Shown piece by piece: positions 12,560 to 23,420 of a stretch of 64,000 bases of DNA. The notes beneath the pieces were generated by a model that saw only the letters and a program-made list of their open reading frames with translations, was not told where the DNA came from and did no database searches. Numbering within the stretch: the stretch's first letter is position 1; each line of letters opens with the position of its first letter. This DNA comes from Azolla caroliniana (lineage: Eukaryota; Plantae; Polypodiophyta): NCBI GenBank assembly GCA_043228905.1, contig JBHGNT010000018.1:17422001-17486000 (forward strand), given 5' to 3'. The position numbers were made by a program, and so were the translations under genes.

Positions 12560-13489
12560 CTATCTTCTCAACTACATTAATATAATTACCAAGTTTGCTC
12601 ACTAAAGGGGTTGATCTGCTAATGATGTTTGATATAGCTAAATGTTTGATGTTATATATAGTTAAGGTTTGACCTACTTAGTTCAGAATTATCAGTCAGT
12701 AATTCTTTTCTTATATTAAGTATTATTTATTTTACGGTCTTGTGTGACGCTTGCTTGCCTAGTTGATTGTAGTAATATATATAAGATATGTTGTGTTCGT
12801 CAAGCTTCTTGTAATTTGTTCTTTCTTAATCTCATCCATTACTTCTGTTAATGTTTTTTTTCATAACTGATTGTCAACTGGTTGGGTTTTTGTTAATTTA
12901 TTAAAGAAGGTATTTCAGCTAAATATATATGTACAACGCATTCTATTTGGTCTTGCTTCTGACAATCTTGTTCATTATAAACTTCGCACAGGGGAAACGA
13001 CAGACTGAAACGTACATACATTTTAAGCTTTGAATTTTCCAATGTTTGCAGGATGCAAGGAGTGGTAGTATCTTTACTGTTGATGTACAATATGTGTGCC
13101 ATGGAATTGTACAATTGCCCTGTATTGTTAAAGATATCTCCCACACTTTCATGGACATCTGGCTACCACCTAGCCGTGATTGTTTCACATCAAGCAGCTC
13201 GGAAACAGAACTACATGATGGCAGTCCAACTTTTGTGAACATATATATATATATATTAGAGGTGAAATATATAGGTGATGTCTGATCAGGCTGCAAATAC
13301 CATACTCAGATATGTAATGTCCAATATGGTTGTGTTGTACGGTGAACTTCTCTTCGAGTGGAATGATGATGTTGATTCTTGTTATTTTAACATCTGGACC
13401 AAGAAACATCAGACCGTTGTCAGAGAAAGAAGAGAAGTGGAGCAACATGAGGAGAAGTAGTAGTAACAGCAGAAATAGGAGAAAGAAGT

Positions 13490-13850
13490 CACAATTCGTG
13501 ATTCGGTTTCAAAATTTGCGAGTCCAAATTTCACGACAAATTCCAGAAGAAGAGCTGAAGGACATCTTCTTGGACGTGATACATGAGCCTCTCCGAACAT
13601 CTCTTGCGTTGCTCAATTTTTGGAATCAATCACTAGAGGAAGTGATAGATAAAGCTTGAGCAATTGATTGTACTAATAATAGTATGAATATGTCAACATT
13701 ACACAGAAATTTCCCTACATTAGAAGATTTGCGGTTCCGACAAGCGGTGCAATGTACCACCTGTCTCAACACCGGCCATTCAATGATGAAATGCAGTTTA
13801 CGTACTCATTGTACGATTTGCCATTCCAAAGCTCATTTGGTTGGAAAGGT
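13490..13850 (+). mobile_element. Retrotransposon gag fragment with zinc knuckle (copy at 54942-55302)
   Basis: CTTCLNTGHSMMKC fits CX2CX4HX4C, followed by a truncated second knuckle CTICHSKAH. In-frame stop at 13657; absent from the paralogous site near 37550. Confidence 0.75.
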
Positions 13851-14609
13851 ATGCAGGATGAACATTTGGACTGGCTGGATGGCGTTCCAGTTTCTTATCA
13901 ATGGGACATGAGCGATGGAAATTCTGGGAAACCAATAAATCCATCCTATGGATGATGATGGTGATGATGATATGAAATCTGAATCGGTTTTGATCTGGAG
14001 CAGCTCCAACGAGAACCATAGTTATATGGGCCAACATCTCCAACGAGAATAATTAACTATAACTGTAAACAAAATAGTTATATGGGCAGCATGAAGAGGA
14101 ATAGTTGGATCCTCTCTACTGTGTGTATATATGGTTTTGGAAATCGTAATTTAGGTTTTCCATCTACCATCATGGTCATGTTTTGATGAAGCCCAAATAT
14201 CATGGAAGGATATGTGAGCAATTGACATCTACGAAGAGTTCTTCCATGAGTGTGGAAGCTGCCACAAAAAAACTGCAAAATAAGTGAAATGGTGTGTCAT
14301 TAGCACCAGCATGACTCCTGGTCTAAAGTAAGGCATTTCGTACATGAAGATATACTTCATGTCAATGGACTGAGCATGCCGATTGACATGACTGGATGGT
14401 CTAGTATGCCATCTCCATGCATTAAGTGCTGATGTAACCAAGAAGAGTTGCTCATTGGGCTTGGCATCCAAGCTTATTGAAAAATAATGGATATGTTTTT
14501 GGAAACATACGTCTAGCTTTTCCATAAGATGGATTGTCTTTGATTGGTGAAGCCCTAATATATGAAAGGAATAGGTTGCCATGCCAAAGGTCGTCATGCA
14601 AATTAGAGT

Positions 14610-15830
14610 AAAACACAATCAGAGTAAAACAAGGATACCCTTAGTTGCCTACTCTCTTTGGTCTTTATATAGATGAGGTGTCACATTACATAGAGAGATT
14701 GAGTAATCCAAGAGCATGGCTAGCATACATATCCTGTTAGGAAACATGTCCCTCCGGATGGGATGAAGAGAAGAGTCGAATCGTTGGAAGAGCTAGGTGA
14801 GTCCGAAATTTGATTTTCGAAATGGAGAATTGATTTATGATCGATTCGGAAGACTATATTTATAAATAGTCCAAATGTGCCCCTTGTGGGATATATTTGT
14901 AAATAGCCAGAAAGTTGTTTTAGTATATAAACAACTAGGGCAAACATTAAGAAGTGTAGTAGATCATTATCGTTGTATAGTGACATAGTTAGCGAAGGTA
15001 GTTGCCTTTGTAACTAGTGAGTGATACAGAGTGAAAGAGTGTGTAACTTTGTAGTACTTGATAAGGAAGAGCTCAAGGTCGTTGCCTTGAATTGTCTTGT
15101 TGTACTTCTTTCCCCATAGTGGTCCTTTTTTTGGAGTTTGTGGACTCCACGTGCTTTTCTCTCCTTTCGGGTTTTTCACGTTAAATACAGGTGTCTCGTT
15201 TTTGTGTTTTTTGTTTCTGTTCCTCTATGCACTGTCATTGTTGATTCTTTGCACCTGAACATACGTACGAGTAACCTGTTGTGGTTGGTTCCAATCCTAA
15301 CATATCCATACAAATATTACTATATGTTGATCATGTTGTGTTGATGGATACCATGTATATCCATACAAATATCATATGTTGATGATACTGTGTTGATGGC
15401 TATCATTTATATCCATATAAATGTTACTATATGCTTAGGATATTAAGTTGCTAACACCCCTGGAAGGACTACAAAGATATCTAAATGCCTATTCACACCA
15501 ATCAGAGATTGAGCTAGGTAGATATATTGCACAAATACCTCTAGAAGAAAGAATTTGCCACTTGTGTCATCAAGGAGTGGAATCCGAAGAACGTTCTATT
15601 TGTTATTGTGCTTTTTTTTATGAAATAAGGGAAGATACCATTGCCTCTTTTAAGCAAGGCTTTGCCCTACTATGCAAGGTACTAGAATATGAGGACTAAC
15701 GATTCATGAGGCTTTTCTTGCTAGAACTCCAGAGACATGGGGGAAGTTAATAGAAAACAACACAACCACACAAGCTAATGAACAAAGAACAATCATAACT
15801 TCCTTTACCCATCACTCTTCCTCATGTTAT
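14610..15830 (+). mobile_element. Degraded LINE (RT remnant plus C-terminal Cys region), interrupted by a solo LTR (copy at 56062-57282)
   Basis: VKQG..PTLFGLYIDE, then IELGRY..EERICHLC..ESEE; paralogous to 38230-38858. Confidence 0.8.
14735..15302. mobile_element. Solo LTR, 568 bp (copy at 56187-56754)
   Basis: TGTTAGGA...TCCTAACA termini with 5-bp TSD TATCC (14730-14734, 15303-15307); paralogous site near 38590 is empty. Confidence 0.92.
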
Positions 15831-16039
15831 GATTCAATCAAAGGCTACAAAAATGGGATCCCAACTAAGAGGTTTTGAAGGGTTTACGGTGAGATACCAT
15901 TGCCTCTTTTAAGCAAAGCCTTGGCCTACTATGCAAGCTAATGGAATGTGTCATGTGTTGGCCGGTTCGGATGACCAAGTATGAAAAGACTAATAAATGG
16001 TTACGGGCTTAACTAAAGACGGGTGGGGCTGAGCGAAGC

Positions 16040-16650
16040 AGTAAAGAAAGCCGAACTTAAAACGGAAATAATAATTATTAGTAGCAGTTGTTCATGCTCT
16101 GTTCGTAACCACCCATGTTCTGTACAAAAAGGGACATGGAAAGCATGTAAAAACGAGTTGAATAGTATTGTATCAATTGGATCTTCCATAATAGAAATAT
16201 GTTACCTCATACACTATGTATTGTGTCATAATTGATCTGTGTGAGTAAAGAAAGCCGAACTTAAAACGGAAATAATAATAATTAGTAGCAGTTGTTCATG
16301 CTCTGTTCGTAACCACCCATGTTCTGTATAAAAAGGGACATGGAAAGCATGTAAAAACGAGTTGAATAGTATTGTATCAATTGGATCTTCCATAATAGAA
16401 ATATGTTACCTCATACACTATGTATTGTGTCATAATTGATCTGTGTGAGTAAAGAAAGCCGAACTTAAAACGGAAATAATAATAATTAGTAGCAGCTGTT
16501 CATGCTCTGTTCGTAACCACCCATGTTCTGTATAAAAAGGGACATGGAAAGCATGTAAAAACGAGTTGAATAGTATTGTATCAATTGGATCTTCCATAAT
16601 AGAAATATGTTACCTCATACACTATGTATTGTGTCATAATTGATCTGTGT
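16040..16650. repeat. 204-bp x3 tandem repeat (copy at 57492-58102)
   Basis: gtaaagaaagccgaac at 16041, 16245 and 16449; units near-identical. Confidence 0.95.
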
Positions 16651-16924
16651 CAAATCCTAATGTTCATGTGTAACGCATTCATAACCATTCGGTTGTACCC
16701 AGCTCGTGTTCATCTCCACAGTCACGCAGTCACACATTCTTTGATTCCTACATGGGTTACTACTATCATTTTGAAAACGAGACAATCCCATTGTGACTCC
16801 CCGAGCACAAGACCTTGAGTCGGATACTAAAGGACAAGTATCCAACACCGTGTTACGTTAGGCTGGTAGCATCATGATGCCACCCACATAATGATGATGC
16901 CTTGTCATGATGACACTCACATGA

Positions 16925-16982
16925 TCCCCCAAAAGGATTTGAACCCACAACCTTGTTCTATATAGGTCAAATCCTTAGCCAT
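16925..16982 (-). mobile_element. Possible tRNA-derived SINE head remnant
   Basis: Minus strand reads tggctaagg...ggttgtgGGTTCAAATCC (A-box-like and B-box-like); no full cloverleaf. Confidence 0.35.
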
Positions 16983-17260
16983 TGTAATAATATGTTTATA
17001 TAAATAATATAAATATATAGAATACCATAAGAACATTTTAGTGTACTTTGTATTCTAGAATATTCTAGCATGTTCTATATTCTAGAACCGGCTAGAGTAC
17101 GCTATATTCGAGAACCTTTGAGAATACCCTATAGGGACATATAAATAAGAATTTATTAATCATCGCAAAACCAAATTGGTTCAACACCATTCTAGAGCTC
17201 CTTATTTTGCCTACTCTTTGTAATCCGTATTATAGTGCAATATAATACTTTCCATTCAAT

Positions 17261-17299
<39 letters not shown>

Positions 17300-18019
17300 A
17301 CAATATGAGGATCAGCAACGCTTGAGGCTTTTCTTGCTAGAACTTAAGAGACACGAGGAGAAGTTGATAGAAAACAACACAACCACATAAGGTAATGAAC
17401 AAAGAACAATCATAATTCTCTTTACCCAACGCTCTTACTCATGCTACAAGTCAATCAAATGGAGGATGTGCAATGGCATCCCCCACAAGATGGGCGATGT
17501 GTCAAATCCATATAAATGGAGGTTTTGATAACATCAAGGTTGTTGAAGGTGGGAAGGTAAACAACTTCTTAACCTTCAATTTCAATGAATGGTTAGATTG
17601 GGTTAGGTAACAATCAAAGATGCGATGTTGGTGTCTCAAAGAAGATTAATGGTCTTTCGAATAACAAGATCAACATTTTGAATTTAAGAGGTTATACCTC
17701 TATAGCCTTTATTTTCTATACTTAATTAGTAATTGGTGGCGGTTTAGTTTGTTAGATGGTCTTCGTTCAATCATTTAGATCATTACCGACGTCTTTTAAA
17801 CTATGTATTATACACCTTATATTGATATGGCTCTCAATAGCGTAGAACACATTATGAGAGATGTGAAGGGAGGATGGTTACTTTGTTACATGTATGCCAA
17901 TGGGGCCAATATGTTCCTGAAGTTTCCATTTCCACAATATTGCTCCAATGTTAGTTGACTTTCGGCTATCCATTCGGCCTCGGGCTCAAGGTGGTCGTCC
18001 ACTCCTAAAGGTTCGACTT

Positions 18020-18604
18020 CCATCGTGAACATCAAGGAGCCACCTGCCGATGCATACGGTACCAACTTCATAATTTCCCCCTCCGGAGCGTAAGTCGAAT
18101 AGTCTCGCTGAGATAGCCGAAGGCTAATCGGGAGCGGGGTTGAAGTAGATTTGGTCGATTGCATGTTGAAGTGCTCCAGGACACATTTGATGTATTTGGC
18201 TTGAGACAAGAACAATTGTCGTTAATTTCGGTGCCAACTAATCTTCATTCTGAGTATGTGTTGAGCTGAACCTAAGTCCATCATTGCTAACTTCAACCAT
18301 AGTTGCCGATCAGAAGATCTTTGTTCGACGGAGATCTTGAGTCCGTTCCAAGAGTCAGATCAACTTGGGGTCTCCAAAGGGTGTGTTGTCAGATTCAGTG
18401 TTGTTGAAGACAAATGACGACCAACAACTGATTGAAGAACCTTCGCTCTGATACCCAATGTTGGAGTCCAGGTTGTCAGTGTGGAAACAAGAACAACACT
18501 ATAGTAAGAAGATCAACAAGATGATGACAGAGACAAAACCAAGATGAACAGATTAAACAAGGGAAAGACAACTTAGTAGAGATCAAGATCAAGAACTTAA
18601 CAAT

Positions 18605-18641
<37 letters not shown>

Positions 18642-18760
18642 CAAAGAAGTAGACAATGTCACTGTATTATTCTTAAAGTTACTACATATGATGGCACTCA
18701 CATCATCATCATGACGTGAGGAATGTGTTTCTTTTGTTTGATGGAATTGGAACATAGTAT
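18020..18760 (-). mobile_element. Internally deleted Copia remnant: RT fragment, tRNA-Met PBS and LTR end (copies near 19880-20390 and 59472-60212)
   Basis: MDLGSAQHIL..LFLSQAKYIKCVL..VPYASAGGSLMF. PBS-like gctctgatacc (complement of TGGTATCAGAGC) at 18445 next to LTR end tgttgg at 18459. Distal LTR boundary uncertain. Confidence 0.75.
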
Positions 18761-18779
18761 GTGTTTCCTTTGTTCCATT

Positions 18780-18996
18780 TGAATTGGTGTGTAGGGTGGG
18801 ATTGAGATTGTAGGGTGCCATTGGAGGCCAATTGCGATGGGCCAAGGACAAGGAGTGTCGACAAAATGTTGAAGGTGCTCAACTGTTCCCCTAGATGAAG
18901 GAAAGGGTTGATGTGGCCTTCTAATGGTAAAAGGAAAATCAACACATGTGGTTGTGGTAGAAGTTGTCGGGGTGGAGTAAACGAGACCCCTTCCAT
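18780..18996 (-). pseudogene. UDP-glycosyltransferase 5' fragment (copy at 60232-60448)
   Basis: PHVLIFLLPLEGHINPFLHLGEQL matches the plant family-1 UGT N-terminal HVxxxPxxxxGHxxP motif; TATAAG about 30 nt upstream; rest of gene absent. Confidence 0.65.
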
Positions 18997-20224
18997 TGTT
19001 GATCTTTTGTCTTGCTTAGTGTCTACTTATACAAGCCAAGGGCTCTTTCACTATGTCACCTATGGTGGGTTTTTATTCAATCTCCATCCCAAGTTTCTAT
19101 GAGGAAATGGACAAGAGGAGGTAAGAATACACACATCTTTTCAGGTCCATGTGAATCACTCATCTTCCTATAACTTGGCATTTTTTCGATTGGATCAGAA
19201 ACTATGAGTTACACAAATTCTCCTTTTCCCTCCCTTCGTTATCTGTACAGATAGAAAGAGAACGAGAGGGGAATATCCGTTTGTGTTTTGCCACAGGTTG
19301 AAAAATTGAGTTTGGGAAATATCTTCATATTCAGGTGATATTTTTTTTTGGATTTTTGGACAAAAGGTCATTCCGATTTATCCATTCAGAGACATTGTGG
19401 GGATTTCCATTTTTTGCTTTCATTGATTTTCGGATGAAATGTCTTTGGAAAAATCTATTTGATTCTTTCCTCATCCTTTTTTGTGGAGTTTTGGATGACG
19501 CATAAAAGGTAGGTTTTGTTTTTCATTGACGATTGAGGAAACTTGTTGGAGATAATTAATTATTATTTTTCTTTGGTTAATGTTCATGCCATGCTCTCAA
19601 TCAACATTTGGACCAGCCATCCCTTTGAATTATATTGTGGAACTCCATTTTTCTTTCATATGAAAAACTAGAGAAATTCCTGTGGGAAAAATCTCTTTTG
19701 ACTTGTTTTTGAGTGTTCATGCATGCCATTATGTTTATGGAAGTTCATCCTTTCGAGACATCCATATGGAAAGGATTCTCGTTTTACTATTCATTGTAAA
19801 TTGGGATATTAGTGTGGGTCTTCCTTTTCTGAATAATACATGGATTTTTGAAGTAGTATTGAATGCCAAGAATAGTATGTGTTGAGATGAACCTAAGTGC
19901 ATCATTGCTAACTTCAACCGTAGTTGCCGATCAGAAGATCTCTGTCCGACAGAGATCTTGAGTCTGTTCCAAGAGTCAGATCAACTTGGGGTCTCCAAAG
20001 GGTGTGTTGTCAGATTCAGTGTTGTTGAAGACAAATGACAACCAACTGATTGAAGAACCTTCGCTCTAATACGAGATGTTGGAGTCAAGGTTGTCAGTGT
20101 GGAAACAAGAACAACACTATAGTAAGAAGATCAACAAGATGATGACAGAGACAAAACCAAGATGAACAGATTAAACAAGGGAAAGACAACTTAGTAGAGA
20201 TCAAGATCAAGAACTTAACAATAC

Positions 20225-20277
<53 letters not shown>

Positions 20278-20419
20278 CAAAGAAGTAGACAATGTCACTG
20301 TATTATTCTTAAAGTTACTACAAAATGATGGCACTCACATCATCATCATGACGTGAGGAATGTGTTTCTTTTGTTTGTTGGAATTGGAACATAGTATGTG
20401 TTTCCTTTGTTCCATTTGA

Positions 20420-20631
20420 ATTGGTGTGTAGGGTGGGATTGAGATTGTAGGGTGCCATTGGAGGCCAATTGCGATGGGCCAAGGACAAGGAGTGTCGACA
20501 AAATGTTGAAGGTGCTCAACTGTTCCCCTAGATGAAGGAAAGGGTTGATGTGGCCTTCTAGGTAAAAGGAAAATCAACACATGTGGTGGCTGTAGAAGTT
20601 GTCGGGGTGGAGTAAACGAGACCCCTTCCAT
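20420..20631 (-). pseudogene. Second UGT 5' fragment, frameshifted (copy at 61872-62083)
   Basis: Same sequence as 18780-18996 with a 2-bp deletion after LLP. Confidence 0.6.
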
Positions 20632-21099
20632 TGTTGATCTTTTGTCTTGCTTAGTGTCTACTTATACAAGCCAAGGGCTCTTTCACTATGTCACCTATGG
20701 TGGGTTTTTATTCAATCTCCATCCCAAGTTTCTACGAGGAAATGGACAAGAGGAGGTAAGAATACACACATCTTTATCATTCCTTTTGCCTTGTGGTGGG
20801 TGGTCGGTCCATCAAGTTTGTCAAGGATTCGTTACGAATGGCAATCTTTGAAGAATGATGCATTTCATACTAACGATTTCCCAATAGACTTTGTCATATT
20901 TCGCTACCGTGCATACATTAAGAGTGTTCCATAATATTTAGCTCCCGAGAAGGGTTCTATACTTTGTAGGTAGTAGTGGTGGTGTTTTTTTTCTTTCATA
21001 ATAGAAGCCAAATCTATACTTTAGAGTAAGTTAGTTACGGAAAGGGGGAGAGAGAAATGGAGGGGTTTTTTCTTTCATTAATACTTTAGGTTCATGCTT

Positions 21100-22601
21100 C
21101 TAAGTTCTTCTCCAGCTGCTTATTCTTCTTCTTCTTCTTCTTCTTCACCTCTCTCTGACGAAACCCTACAGAAACCCTACAAGGCTACCTGTAATTTGTC
21201 GAAACTGCCTCCTCTAAACCTAATCCTAAACTTAGAAAGCAGAATTCGACGCATCACAGCAAACACTCACTCATGCTACCGTTGCAGCAGATGAAACGAC
21301 TTGCTACATGCAGCACAAGATGTTTCTGCTTTCGTAGGGTACATGTCCGAAATGATGGGAGTCCAGCTAGAATCGATGGCGACACTGTTCAGGAAGATGG
21401 TAACGAAGCAGACGCCGTAAGGAAAGATTCATCAGGAGAAGCCTTTCTCATTGAACCTTCGATGTCTTTTGTTTCTCCCTTCTTTTCAGGTCCCTGTGAA
21501 TCACTCATCTTCCTATAACTTGGCATTTTTTCGATTGGATCAGAAACTATGAGTTACACAAATTCTCCTTTTCCCTCCCTTCGTTATCTGTACAGATAGA
21601 AAGAGAACGAGAGGGGAATATCCGTTTGTGTTTTGCCACAAGTTGAAAAATTGAGTTTGGGAAATATCTTCATATTCAGGTGATATTTTTTTTTGGATTT
21701 TTGGACAAAAGGTCATTCCGATTTATCCATTCAGAGACATTTTAGGGATTTCCATTTTGCTTTCATTGATTTTCGGATGAAATTTCTTTGGAAAAATCTA
21801 TTTGATTCTTTCCTCATCCTTTTTTGTGGAGTTTTGGATGACGCATAAAAGGTAGGTTTTGTTTTTCATTGACGATTGAGGAAACTTGTTGGAGATAATT
21901 AATTATTATTTTTCTTTGGTTAATGTTCATGCCATGCTCTCAATCAACATTTGGACCAGCCATCCCTTTGAATTGTATTGTGGAACTCCATTTTTCTTTC
22001 ATATGAAAAACTAGAGAAATTCCTGTGGGAAAAATCTCTTTTGACTTGTTTTTGAGTGTTCATGCATGCCATTATGTTTATGGAAGTTCATCCTTTCGAG
22101 ACATCCAAATGGAAAGGATTCTCGTTTTACTATTCATTGTAAATTGGGATATTAGTGTGGGTCTTCCTTTTCTGAATAATACATGGATTTTTGAAGTAGT
22201 ATTGAATGCCAAGAATAGTATGTGTTATGCCTTGTGTTTTTCGTGGTTTGTATAGACCAAGAAGTTTGATATCCAAAAGGCAACAAGAAAACATTTTCTT
22301 TTTGTCTAGCATTTCTGGAGTTGAGGTAGCTTTTGTTGCTACTCCAGAAGTTTTCAGATTATTTCACCATATCGTTTATGCGTCCAATCTGTTGAACATG
22401 GAAAACCACAAGCTGCTGCTTTTGTGCTCAAAGGATTGCAAGTTCCTGGCCTGAGAGAGAGAGCGAAGGAGTCAATTGCATGTCTATATTTTATTAATGG
22501 GTTAAAGGTAGGTTATTGACCACGTTTTTGGACTTTGCTAATTTCATCTAAATGTAATTTGCAGATAAAGTGTGCTCCCGTGAATGGTTGTCATATTTGT
22601 G
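21100..22601 (+). ncRNA. Putative promoter/5' exons of a + strand transcript leading into the Dof-derived hairpin (partial copy 62552-64000)
   Basis: (CTT)n and two telo-boxes AAACCCTA (21161, 21172); acceptors at 21489 and 22564; donor at 22602. The paralogous donor at 21549 is mutated to ATGAGT. No conserved ORF. Confidence 0.45.
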
Positions 22602-22647
22602 GTAATATGTTCCTATATGAGTGTTGCCAAATACAAAGACATATGAG

Positions 22648-23237
22648 TGTTGCTGGTTCCGCTCTTTCAGCGGAGAATTGAGTGGCATAAAGCACACTTT
22701 ACAACCGAAGCAAGGCTGAACCACAACTGAGTCTTTGTTTTGTCGTTAAAATACAGGAACTCTACATTGACATTAGAAGCGCAGAGAGGGCATGGTGGAA
22801 ATGTCCAAAGGCCTATCTTGAAGGTATCCAGAACCTTGAATTGGGTACTGGTCATTGGTGTGGTCAGCCTCTTTTTTAACCCGCCTTCAGCATTTAGGAG
22901 GATCGCATCCAACTTTGCCTTTATCACCTCAATGATCGTCGTGCCATTTGTCTGCTGTTGCAGCTCTTGTAGAACCTTGAAGGCAGCGTTGGATGCGATC
23001 CTCTTAAATGCTGAAGGCGGGTTAAAAAAGAGGCAGAGCACAGCAATGACGACTATCCAATTCAAGGCTCTAGACACCTTCTTCAAGATGGGCCTTCCGA
23101 CATCACTACCATGCCCTCTCTACGCATCTAATGTCAATGTAGAATTCCAATAAGTGTCAGTTGGTTCAGCCCCACTTTGGGTTGCACAGTGTGTTTATGC
23201 CACTCCATTATCTGCAGAAAGAGTGGAATTAGCAACA
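22648..23237. ncRNA. Long inverted repeat (candidate hairpin RNA) derived from the Dof-like coding exon
   Basis: Left arm 22648-22921 is antisense and right arm 22980-23237 is sense, with a ~58-nt loop. 22867-22913 pairs with 22988-23034 with a single G:U. Confidence 0.8.
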
Positions 23238-23420
23238 GCAGGAGGAGCATGTGAATAAGATGAAGAAGCTGGAGTTTACACTTCATGGAAAGGGATTGGA
23301 AGTGCTGGCTGGTGCCTATAGGAGCCTCAGTGTGGCTGCAACGTTTCTGGTCAATGCCACGAGTCATTGAAGTTCTGGAGGCGAACAGATTTATTCTGTG
23401 CAGCAGCTGTTGCATGTCAG
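22980..23420 (+). pseudogene. Sense Dof-like fragment forming the right arm and beyond
   Basis: LDAILLNAEGGLKK..FFKMGLP..CPLYASNVNVEFQ*, then degraded KKLEFTLH..LQRFWSMPRVIEVLEAN; stops and frameshifts. Confidence 0.85.

Larger units (their letters stand above)
18253..22226. repeat. Local tandem duplication (18253-19883 vs 19874-22226); first copy lacks ~20776-21484
   Basis: 10-bp microhomology agtatgtgtt at 18253, 19874 and 22217; shared ORF pairs 18709/20335 and 19682/22025. Confidence 0.9.
1..22548 (+). repeat. Copy 1 of near-identical segmental duplication (matches 41465-64000)
   Basis: ORFs recur at offset +41464, then +41452 after a 12-bp (CT)n contraction near 4255/45715. Only a few differences were noticed, e.g. 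G7964/A49416 and C10442/T51894. Confidence 0.98.

Noticed and set aside
22667-23153. ORFs 22667-23086(-) and 22740-23153(+) as real proteins
   Set aside because: They are mirror-image products of reading through an inverted repeat: half antisense, half sense Dof-like sequence.
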